Below are positions 49,469-59,886 of a stretch of DNA of 64,000 nt, one piece after another (the first letter of the stretch is position 1; the number at the start of each line of letters is the position of its first letter). The translations under genes were made by a program, and so were the position numbers. Under the pieces are notes generated by a model. That model made no database searches. It was not told where the DNA came from and saw only the letters and a program-made list of their open reading frames with translations. This DNA is from Minisyncoccota bacterium (lineage in GTDB: Bacteria > Patescibacteriota > Minisyncoccia > JAHIHE01 > JAGLIN01): positions 7,779 to 71,778 of the forward strand of contig JAQVBZ010000003.1 in assembly GCA_028690055.1 (NCBI GenBank), read 5' to 3'.

Positions 49469-51124
49469 CTATTTCAGAAATCCTCCGTCTTTATAATAAT
49501 CAAGCTCTGTCTGGTTGACGTCAATGACCTGGTCCCAATTAAAATTGTACCTGTCGAATACAGCCGCATTATAGATCTTCTTTTTCGTATCACCCTGGAT
49601 CAGATAAATATCATTGGAACCGCTCAGCCGGACGAGATTAGAAATAGTATAAGACTCCATCTCCTTTTTGGATATGATCTGTACATCCTCCATCCTATTG
49701 CCATAAGAATTAAAAATCTCCAAGGTGGGAATAAATTTACGGACACCGCCACTGAGATAATAGACGCTAGGTTCCTTACTGGCCCGAATAAGAAATGCGG
49801 TCTTGTATTTGTTGACCACGGAAACGTTCACATCTTTTACATCATTCCAATCGAAACCGTAATCTATGAAAATTTCCGGGTTGGGAATATGACGCTTGAT
49901 ACCGTTCGTCACTAGAAAAATCTTGGCGTCCCCGGACTGCCTGATAAGGTTGTCTTCGAAATCAGCAATCTTGTTGAGCTCCGCATCCGAAAGAATTTTG
50001 ATATTGGTCCACTGATACCCCAGTTGCTCGAAGACTTCGGGAGTCGAAATCCATTTTTTCTTCCCGCCGATCATCACATATACTTTAGTAGAGGAAGCGG
50101 TCTTGATAAGAGTACCGTCGCCGTTGGACGGTGTAGGAGTCGGAGTGGGAGTAGGCGTGGGTGCGGGTGCTGGAGTCGCTTTGTACGTTGCTGTTAGACT
50201 GAGTCCGTGATCGGGTATGGTGACTATCGTCGTCGAGGAGGTCGTGCTGGAGATATTGCCCGTATCCCCGGTCCAACGGTCGAAAACTCTGCCCGAAGCT
50301 GGCGCATTCGCATTAACCGTTACTTTCTCCCCGAGATAATACGTTCCCGAACCGGAACCGTTATTAACGGAGAGGGTGTACACGACGGCATTAGTGTCCC
50401 GGTACGTCGCTGTCAGACTGATGTTGCCTTCCGGGATTGTGACCCTAGTGGCAGAAGCATAGAAATCATAAACAAGACCGACGTCGCCCGTCCACTGATC
50501 GAATAATTTGCCATAAGCCGGAGCATTGGCTGAAATATTCACCACGGTGCCGGGAGTATAGGAACCGGATCCGGAACCGCCATTTACTGTGAGGCTATAC
50601 TTGGGTATGGCTACCGTTTTGAAATTCGCAGTAAGATTGATGTTCCCTTCCGGAACAGTAACTTTGGTGTTCGCAGCATAAAAGTCATTCACATAACCGA
50701 TATCGCCCGACCATTGATCAAAGGCCTGACCCACCCCCGGAGTATTAGCATAGATACTCACCTCGGTACCGGCAGTATAAGTCCCCGAACCGCTGCCGCC
50801 CGTAACCGTAAGGGTATATTTCGAAACAGGCGCATCCTTATAAGTCGCAATCAAAACGATATCGCTTTCCGGAATCGTCACCTTGGTGCTAGATGCGTAA
50901 ATATCAAAAACATAGTTGATATTCCCCGCCCATTTATCAAAAACCTGACCGGCAGGAGGAGTATAAGCCATAATATTCACATTCATGCCGGGAGCATAAG
51001 AACCCGATCCGGAGCCTCTCGTAACATCGAGATAGTAATCTTCCGAAGCCGCCAGAACACCAAAAGCCGCAGAGCAGGATAAGATGCAGAGCAAAATAAA
51101 AGATTTTATAACTTTCATGTTCAT
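49469..51124 (-). CDS. Secreted surface protein: InlB B-repeat (Flg_new)-like repeats, Pro/Thr linker, C-terminal 4 x ~45-aa repeat domain
   Basis: 551 aa with a signal peptide. Five ~70-aa repeats follow (Y.LTV.GGSGSG.YT.GT.V.I.A....G..FD.W.GD.G). Then comes APAPTPTPTPTPTP, then four repeats of the form K(V/I)(Y/F)....GG.(K/R)K.I.....F...G(Y/F).W..V..V. Confidence 0.55.
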   Translation of the reverse strand: MNMKVIKSFILLCILSCSAAFGVLAASEDYYLDVTRGSGSGSYAPGMNVNIMAYTPPAGQVFDKWAGNINYVFDIYASSTKVTIPESDIVLIATYKDAPVSKYTLTVTGGSGSGTYTAGTEVSIYANTPGVGQAFDQWSGDIGYVNDFYAANTKVTVPEGNINLTANFKTVAIPKYSLTVNGGSGSGSYTPGTVVNISANAPAYGKLFDQWTGDVGLVYDFYASATRVTIPEGNISLTATYRDTNAVVYTLSVNNGSGSGTYYLGEKVTVNANAPASGRVFDRWTGDTGNISSTTSSTTIVTIPDHGLSLTATYKATPAPAPTPTPTPTPTPSNGDGTLIKTASSTKVYVMIGGKKKWISTPEVFEQLGYQWTNIKILSDAELNKIADFEDNLIRQSGDAKIFLVTNGIKRHIPNPEIFIDYGFDWNDVKDVNVSVVNKYKTAFLIRASKEPSVYYLSGGVRKFIPTLEIFNSYGNRMEDVQIISKKEMESYTISNLVRLSGSNDIYLIQGDTKKKIYNAAVFDRYNFNWDQVIDVNQTELDYYKDGGFLK

Positions 51125-51322
51125 TTAAGTCAAATGGAAAATAGGCGGAAGATTATACTCATATCCGCTATTAAAATTATAACACACTGGCCCGTCTGAG
51201 TCTACAAAAAATAGCGTAAGACAGCGTTTTTATCCAGCGACAGCCCCCTGTAAGCCAAAGGATTTTTACCATCAATAAAAAATCCCGTGCCATTTGAGAT
51301 TTTCGATATGGAATATAAATTT

Positions 51323-52057
51323 TTACTTACCCGCCCGCTTATTTCTCGCCAATATAAAGCCCAAATCACGCTCAAACTGTGAGGGAAAGATTTGCACGCT
51401 AAAACCGTGTTCGCGCAATATCGTCTCAATCTCCCGGTGATTCCTCCCGTCGTAATCGTGATATTCCAAAAAAATGTTATGGATTTTGGCGAAATCTTCT
51501 TCTGTCAGATTTTCAAAAACTTCATACTCGCCCGCTTCGATATCCATTTTCATAAGATCGACGGCGCTGATGTGATTTGTCTCGAGAAAATCCGCAAGAG
51601 AAACCGCCACTACTTTTTCTGTTTGAGCATCTTCCGCTATATTTTTCTCACTGTCTGATATAAGATGATGATTGATGCTGTCCGACGCGAGAGCGAGTTC
51701 CCGTTCCCCGGCCCTACCGGCAAGCGCAACTTTGTGAGTCTTTACGTTCCCCAACTTATTGACAGAAATATTTTTCAAAAGCAACGCAAAATTGACCCTC
51801 TCCGGCTCCAGCGCATATATTTTCAAAGTCGGATTTAGTGCAGAAACATATAGGGAGAAAATGCCAATGTGAGCACCCACGTCCAAAATCGGCAGATTGC
51901 CTTTCTCGATGATTTCTTCGATTACTTTATAATCCCGCCATTCGAATATTTCCGCCACCACGCTTTCGTCAGCATCCGGCCGCAAGCGAATCTCGAATTT
52001 CCGCTTGTGAAATTCTATCCTTTCCAAAAGTAATTTTTCCTGCTTTTCTTTTTTCAT
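51323..52057 (-). CDS. FkbM-family methyltransferase
   Basis: 244 aa; the ILDVGAHIGIFSLY motif and overall pattern fit FkbM. Confidence 0.75.
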   Translation of the reverse strand: MKKEKQEKLLLERIEFHKRKFEIRLRPDADESVVAEIFEWRDYKVIEEIIEKGNLPILDVGAHIGIFSLYVSALNPTLKIYALEPERVNFALLLKNISVNKLGNVKTHKVALAGRAGERELALASDSINHHLISDSEKNIAEDAQTEKVVAVSLADFLETNHISAVDLMKMDIEAGEYEVFENLTEEDFAKIHNIFLEYHDYDGRNHREIETILREHGFSVQIFPSQFERDLGFILARNKRAGK

Positions 52058-52216
52058 AAAATTTTTTTATCCCCTAACGATAGTTTGATATGGAGTAGCA
52101 GACTTTAGTCTGCGCAACATCTAATGCAGACAGAACGAGTATACACAACGTCTTTTTCGCGCTTCCCGCCAGCAAGGACCAAAACCCTCTTCTCCACACA
52201 ATAGATAGTTATCTGA

Positions 52217-53275
52217 CTATTTCCGCTTTGCCATCACTTCATTGATAGCTGTATAAGAACTTTTTGGAGAAAAATCTTCCGCCACAATCCCGCCCGCATC
52301 ACTACTACCGTCACGCAGCTGTCCTAAGATAATACCGGAAAAACCAGCGGAATTGGCCAAGTGAAGGGAATAAAGGAAATAGTCTTCTTGCTCTGCCATA
52401 TCATTACCCGAATCGTTCCTTACATTTCCCATCCAGACCTCCCCCTCCCAGTGATATTTCTTTTTCATACCCAGCAAATTTTTCTTTCCCCCTTCCAACT
52501 CCGTCGCACTTCCGGCATTCATAGAAAAAATATCGATGACAGCATCATTATTTCCCAACACCCTTTCAGCGAATGTCCTGTCCATTGCTTTCGCTCCGTC
52601 GGATAAAACCGTCCCTTCTAACGCGACTTTCGTAGAAAATGAAATTTGCTTTATCGCGAGCCCTACCTCCTTGGAAAAATTGAACCACTCTTCCAGCGAG
52701 CGCCGAGAATCCACTTGCCTGCCGATGCTGTAGGGACACTCCGGCAATATCAAAAAATAATCCGGTTTGTATCTAGCCATCAAAAAAACCGTATCCGATT
52801 TGTACTCTTTTTTAAAATCATCCCAGCTCGCATTACCTCCGCCTTCATTCGATCCGAGCCAGGAATTCCTGCCCAGATACGCCAAGTATACTTTCATTTT
52901 CTTATCTCGCGCACATGCAACAGCCCCATCCAGTTTCGCCAGTTCGCCAGCACTTTCCAAAGTTCGACGCTCGAGATCAAAACGTACCAGACCAGCCCCC
53001 AGATCGGATGCGAGAGATATCTCTTTCTCAACGTTAGAAAGATCAATAGCAAAATCTTTTTCTCTTCCCACCTTCGCGGAAGCGGCGTTGATAGTAGTAC
53101 CGAAAGAAACATTTTTCGAGAATGACACCATATCGGAAGACAATTCCGGAATTTGCGGCTCGCTAAATTTTTTATAACCGAGATAAACTGAAACAAAAAG
53201 CAACAAAATGATTAGCAGTTTCATGTTCTCTTTGAGATTGCCTTCCATAGTATTTAATATTTTAGCGCACAGCAC
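52217..53275 (-). CDS. Hypothetical secreted protein (possible glycoside-hydrolase-like TIM barrel)
   Basis: 352 aa with a signal/TM anchor (LLIILLLFVSVYLGY) and no firm family assignment. Confidence 0.35.
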   Translation of the reverse strand: MLCAKILNTMEGNLKENMKLLIILLLFVSVYLGYKKFSEPQIPELSSDMVSFSKNVSFGTTINAASAKVGREKDFAIDLSNVEKEISLASDLGAGLVRFDLERRTLESAGELAKLDGAVACARDKKMKVYLAYLGRNSWLGSNEGGGNASWDDFKKEYKSDTVFLMARYKPDYFLILPECPYSIGRQVDSRRSLEEWFNFSKEVGLAIKQISFSTKVALEGTVLSDGAKAMDRTFAERVLGNNDAVIDIFSMNAGSATELEGGKKNLLGMKKKYHWEGEVWMGNVRNDSGNDMAEQEDYFLYSLHLANSAGFSGIILGQLRDGSSDAGGIVAEDFSPKSSYTAINEVMAKRK

Positions 53276-53299
53276 CCGATTAATTCAAACATATTAGAA

Positions 53300-55843
53300 C
53301 TATACTTTTCTACCACTGCCTTTTTCCCCTCCTATACTTTTATAATAGAGCAATTTTATTGTTTCGGAAACAACAAAATATACTACCACGATAGCCATAT
53401 CCAAAGCTATAGAGCTCGCGCTGATAGCCACAAAACCGAATACTTCCTGCCCGAATCGCGTGAAAGGTATGACGAGAGTAACAGCCGCCGCCAGTGTGGC
53501 AAGAGAAATCAATTGAAAAGACGGACAGACCGCGCGCCAGAAAGGCTTGCGGGTGCGAATAGAGAATATGAAAGCGAGCTCGGTCAAAATGCTACCGATG
53601 AACCAATTGGTGCGCAATATCTCCGGAGAAATCTGGTAATAGAGCCCGAAAAAAAGAAAATCAAACACCGAACTTACCACACCCAAAAGCGAAGCGATAA
53701 GCACGATATCCTTAACCTCATATTTGCGCGGAGTCCGGAGTTCCGAGTCGTCCACCGTGTCCGAGCTTACCGCAATCATCGGAAAATCAGAAAGAAGATT
53801 GATAAGCAAAATCTGTAGCGGCAACATCGGTAAAAAATCTATGAGTAGAGAGGCTGAAGCCACGGCAAAGAAATTGCCAAAATTGGAAGCGAGAGTGGAT
53901 TTGATATATTTGGTCGTATTGGCAAAAACCGTCCGCCCTTCCCGGATGCCTTCAATAATGACACCGAGACTCTTATCGAGAAGAATGATATCCGCCGACT
54001 CTCGCGCGATGTCCGACGCCCCATTAACCACGATTGATACCCCGGCAACTTTCAGCGCCGGTGCGTCATTAATGCCCTCGCCCAAAAATCCGACTTGATA
54101 TCTTTCCTGCAGCTCCTTGATGATTTTATATTTCTGCTCCGGCGTTACGCGAGCGATAACCGAATATTTATCCAAGGCCACCGCACGGGTCTTGCGATCC
54201 ATCTCATCCAGCGCCGCCGCAGTGATAACCTCTTCCGGAGACTGGCTGAGCCCGATTTCATATGCCACCGCCCCCGCCACTTCCGCACTGTCACCGGTCA
54301 ATATCTTGATCCGCACGCCCAATTTCTGCGCATTCTTGATAGCCGCAAACGTACTCTTTTTGATAGGATCAACAAAAGAGACTATACCCAAAAGTTCGAA
54401 GCCCTCTACTTGAGCGCGAGCTTCCGTCTCCATATCATCCACATCGGGGGCTATCTCTTTGCGAGCAAGCGCCAGCACACGCCGGCCGGACAACCCCTCT
54501 TGCTTGATCCAATACATGATCTCCATGTGTTGCTTCTTGGATATGGAGTTGCAGTATTCCAAAATCCTTTCAGGCGCACCACGATAGATGAGCTCGCGTT
54601 TGCCTTCGCGCTCCACCATCACTTCGTTCTTTTTCTTCTTCGGATTAAAAGACTCCTCGTAGATGCGATTGTATTTTCCCAGCTCATTTTTTTGCGCTGC
54701 GGAAATTTTTTTCCATAACGCAAGATCGAAAGGCTCCGTCTTCTTCTTCTTGATATCGGATGAGGCTAAATTAGCGTACAGGAATAATGTATTTACGTCT
54801 TCGCCCCACGTCTCCGCCACCGTGAGCGAATTCTCTGTCAACGTTCCCGTCTTGTCCGTACAGATTATTTCCACGCCCCCCAGATCCTCCACCGCAGACA
54901 GCCTCTTGACGATTACCTTGCTTCGTGCCAAAACACGCGCGCTATGTGAAAGAGCAAAAGTAGTCACCAATGGCAACGCTTCGGGAATGACCCCTACCGT
55001 CAATGCGATAGAAAAAAGCAACAGCTCACTTATCTCAAAAGTGCCTGCACGCAAAATAGCGTTAGATGCGAATACCAGAACGAGCGTGACCGCGATAAGT
55101 TTCAATATGAAAGCGGAAAAATCATTGATACCTTTTTCGAAGTTACTCACACTCTTGGTGGCCGAGGCGAGACGTGCGATACTTCCCATCACAGTCCTCT
55201 TGCCGGTTTTGATTACCACCGCCTTGGCAGTACCGTCTACCACTGCCGTACCGGAGAAACCTATGTTTTCCGCCTCAAAAAAATTATCCGCAATCTTCTG
55301 CAACACCCCGCTAATTTTGTGCGCCGACACTGACTCTCCCGTAATAACAGATTCATCTGCCTTAAAATTCTCCGTTTTCAAGAATCGGACATCCGCTGGA
55401 ATCTTATCACCCGTTTCCAAAAAAATTATGTCTCCCACCACCAGCTCTTCGGATTTTACCAAAGATATCTTGCCGCCGCGCAAAGTCTTTACATTCGAGA
55501 CTACGAACGCTTTAAGAAGCTCTATCGTCTTTTCCGACCGATATTCCTGAAAAAATCCCAAGGTGACGTTGATTGCCAAAAAAACAGCGATCATAAAACT
55601 ATCGGTCTTCTCCCCCAAACAGAGCGCCAGTATCGCAGCGCCGATCAGAAGATAGATGAAGGCTGATTTGAATTGGCGAAAAAACACTTCCTGCCATTTC
55701 AATTTTTTATCCGCAAGCGCATTTGATCCATATTTTTCCAATCTCGCCCCAGCTTCTTTCACTGGCAATCCTTTTTGCTCATCCACTTTGAGCTCCTGCA
55801 AAATATCCTCTACCCGTCTGGCGCTATAAGAAAAAACCTCCAT
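53300..55843 (-). CDS. P-type cation-transporting ATPase (P2/P3-type)
   Basis: 847 aa with the phosphorylation motif ICTDKTGTLTEN, the actuator TGES, the hinge GEGINDAPALKVAGV and 10 TM helices. Confidence 0.9.
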   Translation of the reverse strand: MEVFSYSARRVEDILQELKVDEQKGLPVKEAGARLEKYGSNALADKKLKWQEVFFRQFKSAFIYLLIGAAILALCLGEKTDSFMIAVFLAINVTLGFFQEYRSEKTIELLKAFVVSNVKTLRGGKISLVKSEELVVGDIIFLETGDKIPADVRFLKTENFKADESVITGESVSAHKISGVLQKIADNFFEAENIGFSGTAVVDGTAKAVVIKTGKRTVMGSIARLASATKSVSNFEKGINDFSAFILKLIAVTLVLVFASNAILRAGTFEISELLLFSIALTVGVIPEALPLVTTFALSHSARVLARSKVIVKRLSAVEDLGGVEIICTDKTGTLTENSLTVAETWGEDVNTLFLYANLASSDIKKKKTEPFDLALWKKISAAQKNELGKYNRIYEESFNPKKKKNEVMVEREGKRELIYRGAPERILEYCNSISKKQHMEIMYWIKQEGLSGRRVLALARKEIAPDVDDMETEARAQVEGFELLGIVSFVDPIKKSTFAAIKNAQKLGVRIKILTGDSAEVAGAVAYEIGLSQSPEEVITAAALDEMDRKTRAVALDKYSVIARVTPEQKYKIIKELQERYQVGFLGEGINDAPALKVAGVSIVVNGASDIARESADIILLDKSLGVIIEGIREGRTVFANTTKYIKSTLASNFGNFFAVASASLLIDFLPMLPLQILLINLLSDFPMIAVSSDTVDDSELRTPRKYEVKDIVLIASLLGVVSSVFDFLFFGLYYQISPEILRTNWFIGSILTELAFIFSIRTRKPFWRAVCPSFQLISLATLAAAVTLVIPFTRFGQEVFGFVAISASSIALDMAIVVVYFVVSETIKLLYYKSIGGEKGSGRKV

Positions 55844-55869
55844 TGTTTTTTGTTTAAATATTTATTTTT

Positions 55870-55925
55870 ATTGCAAATATCACATATCAATAATCCCACT
55901 TTATAGGCAGGATGTCAAAACGAGA
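55870..55925 (-). promoter_or_regulatory. Conserved upstream motif/promoter shared by the P-type ATPase and DUF2207 genes
   Basis: The minus-strand sequence TTGACATCCTGCCTATAAAGTGGGATTATTGAT sits 30-80 nt upstream of the ATPase start. A near-identical TTGACAGCTTTCTTATAAAATGGGATTATTAAG lies upstream of the DUF2207 gene (58015-58050). Confidence 0.45.
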
Positions 55926-55934
55926 AAACTCATA

Positions 55935-56030
55935 TTTTGTTATTCTGAAGAATCCCGTCATATACCACGGGATAAACAAGATAACTATTATTTCGTCATT
56001 CCGAGGTACCCCGAAAAATCCCTTCATTTT
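55935..56030. repeat. Two-armed degenerate REP/MITE-like element
   Basis: TGTTATTCTGAAGAATCCCGTC ... GTCATTCCGAGGTACCCCGAAAAATCCC. A hairpin/G-tract family copy is adjacent at 56150-56188. Confidence 0.5.
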
Positions 56031-56224
56031 TTGCGTGGTAACGAGATTCTCCCTTCTGCTAAGAGTGACTTATAATGAAACGGCTCTCTCACAATAATTA
56101 CTATCGCAATAAGATGAGCGTAAACAATTTTATCGTCATCAGTACGTCCCCTCTCCTACCGGGAGAGGGTCGGGGTGTGGGGGATGATAATATTTAAACC
56201 TTTTTGAAAAGTACGATTAACACC

Positions 56225-57988
56225 TCACCAACTCCCGCCGCCACCGCCTCCGAAACCGCCACCGGAAAATCCACCGCCTCCGAAACCGCTTGAGCCGGAT
56301 GCAGCAGGAGAAGTCACGGCAGAAGAACTGAAGTCGGATCGAAAATCACCCAAGCTATTCACAAAATAGAGCGCCGTGAAATTATTGAATCCCCGCGAGT
56401 CTTCATACCAGGACGGCGAAGCATTATAAATCCCTACGAATTGTTTCGCCCATTCTTTCTCCACCCCGAGCGTGATCGCATAAGGAAGTAGTTTCTCAAA
56501 CTGTTCCGGATTTTTCTCCGGCGCATTATGGAATTCCAAACGGTCCTTCTCCGCCACGGTCAGATAATTTTTCAGCCCCAGAATCTTCTCTTTGAGAAGA
56601 ACCCCCGATTCGGTTTTTTGCGGCATTGCAAAAGAAAAAATACCGATAATCGCAAAAGAGACGACAAGACTCAGGATCGCATAAGCCCCGAAAACGCCAC
56701 CAAGAAAATTGAAGATGATCAAGAAGAACCCGATAAGGATAAAAAGATAGATAACGAAATATTTAACTCGCGCCTCCTGCGGATTTTTAAAAAAATAACC
56801 TTTTTGCGAAACGGAACCATAAACCTCTTTGACAAAAAGATTGTATTTCTTATAAAAAGTGTTCTTTAGATCCGAAAGTTTAACCGAATTCCCTTTCTCG
56901 AAAATTCCGCCCAACAAAATCTTTTCATGCTCACTGAGAGATTCATCGGCCTCTTTCAATTTCTCAAAATAATATTCCGCGCTTTTTACAAAAAGCATTT
57001 CCTTCTCTTGCCGCCTGATTTTGAGATATCCTTTCACCGCCAACTCTATAATCTCCGCAGAAAGTTCTTTTTGATCACATTTTTCATCCACCATCGTGCC
57101 CGCCTCCGCCGGCGTGACATTGTCCGGCACGTCGAATTCCGTGATAATTGTCCCCCTTCCTTTCGGGTCTTTACCTCTTTTTCTCCAGATACAGAAAGCC
57201 AAGATGAATACCAGGAAAGGTACGAACAAAACAATATTGTCGATGAGAGTCTCTCTGAAAACTTCAGATGCGGTCGGCTGATAAATTATCCCCCTGGGTA
57301 CCCCAACCACGACCGTCAGCCCCTCACCCGCCGATAAATCTTGCGCGACAAAGTTCGCCCCTCCTACAAAACCACTGTCAGATGAGAGGATATACCCCGC
57401 CATATCACAGGCATCAGCGCTGCCCGATAAACCGGAAAAACATTTTATCTGCGTATCCTCTTTTCTAAAAACCTCCGGAAAGGAAACTTGCGCGCTCGCC
57501 TGTACTATCGGTACTATGAATCGGTTGCCCGTCACATTCCAATAGAGTTCATCATAATTACCCAGATAATTGATAACGCGCTTGACCTTGTAACTGATAA
57601 TATAAGTCTTTGCCCCTGTCACAAGAGTATCCGCGTTACCGATCTTTATTTCCTTGTTGTTTCCGCTATCCGAAACCACAAACTCATACGTCGCGCCGTC
57701 GGTGTCAACAACCGAAACATCGCTCAAGCGCACGTTGTAGTTTCCTCCCCTCGCCGCGTAACGCACAGGAATATCTCGATAAATCCCATGTTTCTGAAAC
57801 TGCCCGAAATCATAATCAATTCTCTCCGTTACATCGACACTGGCATCCGTGTTCATCTTGACCGTAACGTCGAAGCTATCGATCTTCTCCTCTCCCACCG
57901 CGAGGGCAAAATTATTCCCGCATAAAAAAATCAGCGCCAAACCCAAAACCGAGGTCACCGCCTTAAATTTTTTGTTATTAATTTGCAT
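56225..57988 (-). CDS. DUF2207-family membrane protein with glycine-rich C-terminal tail
   Basis: 587 aa with a signal peptide, an extracellular domain, 3 TM helices and a C-terminal ...SGSSGFGGGGFSGGGFGGGGGGSW tail typical of DUF2207. Confidence 0.65.
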   Translation of the reverse strand: MQINNKKFKAVTSVLGLALIFLCGNNFALAVGEEKIDSFDVTVKMNTDASVDVTERIDYDFGQFQKHGIYRDIPVRYAARGGNYNVRLSDVSVVDTDGATYEFVVSDSGNNKEIKIGNADTLVTGAKTYIISYKVKRVINYLGNYDELYWNVTGNRFIVPIVQASAQVSFPEVFRKEDTQIKCFSGLSGSADACDMAGYILSSDSGFVGGANFVAQDLSAGEGLTVVVGVPRGIIYQPTASEVFRETLIDNIVLFVPFLVFILAFCIWRKRGKDPKGRGTIITEFDVPDNVTPAEAGTMVDEKCDQKELSAEIIELAVKGYLKIRRQEKEMLFVKSAEYYFEKLKEADESLSEHEKILLGGIFEKGNSVKLSDLKNTFYKKYNLFVKEVYGSVSQKGYFFKNPQEARVKYFVIYLFILIGFFLIIFNFLGGVFGAYAILSLVVSFAIIGIFSFAMPQKTESGVLLKEKILGLKNYLTVAEKDRLEFHNAPEKNPEQFEKLLPYAITLGVEKEWAKQFVGIYNASPSWYEDSRGFNNFTALYFVNSLGDFRSDFSSSAVTSPAASGSSGFGGGGFSGGGFGGGGGGSW

Positions 57989-58158
57989 AAGATTGTTTTA
58001 AAATCTTAAAAATATAACTTAATAATCCCATTTTATAAGAAAGCTGTCAAAGAAAATAACTTAAATTCTATTCTGAAATGCAATCCCCTTTTAAACAAAA
58101 GACATCTCGTTTGAGGTATAATAGTTACGTAGAATAACTAATCATTAACCCTAACGAA

Positions 58159-59128
58159 ATGTCCTATCAACAGCTTACATTAAAACAACGTTTTCAACTA
58201 GAGACACTACGGCAGACTATGGGAACCCAGAAAGAGATAGCGGTGTGGATGAGAATAAGCGCTAGTACTGTTTCTCGTGAACTCAGAAGGAACAGGAAGG
58301 AAGGTTATGAGGCGCGCAGCGCCCATAGCCTCTGCAAGAGGCGCAGGAAAGAAGCCAAGCGTGTAACCAAGAAGCTCTTGCATGATAAAGAGGTTTATAC
58401 TTTTGTGAAAGATAAAATCACAATAGGTTGGTCACCGAAGCAGATCGCAGGACGCTTGAGAGATGATACGGGATTGATTATCTGTCACGAGACCATCTAT
58501 GATTTTATCTATACGAAAAAGAAAGAGTGGATCGAATGTTTAAGAAGAAAGAAAAACAAATACCGCAGGAATAAAGGAACCAAAACGAGGGAAAAAAGGC
58601 GAGAAGAAGCCAAAAAAAAGGATTGATACCAGACCGAGTGTGGTGGAAACGAGAGAAAGGATCGGAGACTGGGAAGGAGGTACTATCGTAGGAGGAGAGA
58701 AGATAACAGGTATCATTACCTCTGTAGAAAGGAGAAGTGGATGTTTATTGGGAGATCTATTTTTAAAAAAGAAAGCGGAAGTAATCAAGATAAAAACAGT
58801 TGCCAGATTCAAGAAGATTCCGGTTGATAAGAAATACACCATTACCTATGATAATGATGTAGAGTTCTCAGAGTATGAGATGATTAAGAAAGAAACAGGA
58901 ATGGATATATACTTTGCTTATCCCTATTACTCATGGGAGAGGGGAACCAATGAGAATACCAATGGACTTCTGAGACAGTTCTTTCCTAAAAAAAGTATGT
59001 TTGCTAAACTGACACAAATGGACGTTGATAAAGCCATTCTGCTTATCAACAATCGTACCAGGAAAAGACTTGGCTATCTGACCCCTTACGAGGTTTTTAT
59101 TGAAGGGAAGAATTGCAGTCCAAGGTAG
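58159..59128 (+). mobile_element. IS30-family insertion sequence; transposase split by a frameshift in an A8 run at about 58608-58616
   Basis: OrfA (58159-58626) carries the IS30 HTH (KEIAVWMRISASTVSRELRRN). OrfB (58640-59128) carries the DDE domain (GDWEGGTIVG, YDNDVEFSEY, YSWERGTNENTNGLLRQFFPK). Reading across the A8 tract in the +1 frame joins them as ...AKKKRIDTRPSVVETRERIGDWEGGT. The terminal inverted repeats were not resolved by eye. Confidence 0.8.
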
Positions 59129-59886
59129 AATGTACGAAATGCCACCCATTGCGATAAGCAACAGGGAAACGGCCAATATCAGTCCTTGTCTTTTCATAAA
59201 ACTTTATTTAGATAAAATTATACCCCTCCTCTATATCTTTAAAAAATTTTGTTTTCAAAAAAACACTCTGCCGAATCGGACAGAGTTTTTTCGCAAAACA
59301 GGACAGACGGAATAATTGATGCTGATTCGAGGCTAATGCATATTTCGATTATTGATCGCATTTATTTACACAATAGACTAAAAAATAGAGGATGGCAAGC
59401 GTTTGCGGAACATGAATCAGGTCGCGTCTATTGCCATCCCTAACTCACTTGCATTTTAAGCCTTCTATTCCAACCAAAAGTTTCAATGTGATGTATTTTG
59501 ATTCCCCGCTTTAAGAGAGGCGGCGTCAACATAAGCGTAGCATTGTTGCCGCGCGGGGTGTGTGGGAACGGCCTGCTACTCATAACTTCAATATCACATA
59601 GCGATTGCGTTTATTAAAATGTAAATCATCAGTTGTTAGTCGATTCAACACACCCCTCGCAACGTTATAGCTCTTCCCTTCTCGAGAGGGGAATCTGATC
59701 CAGATTCTTCGGATGAAAATATACTACGGGAAATACAGGTGGAACATATTGCCATCTAAATACTAGGTTAGCCTAACCTGTATAATATTGTATTTTTTTA
59801 CGATATAAAACGAAGATTCCGGGTCGAGCCCGGAATTACAAGATAATAAAAAATACGAATAATATTATAATAAAGTCTACGTCGCC

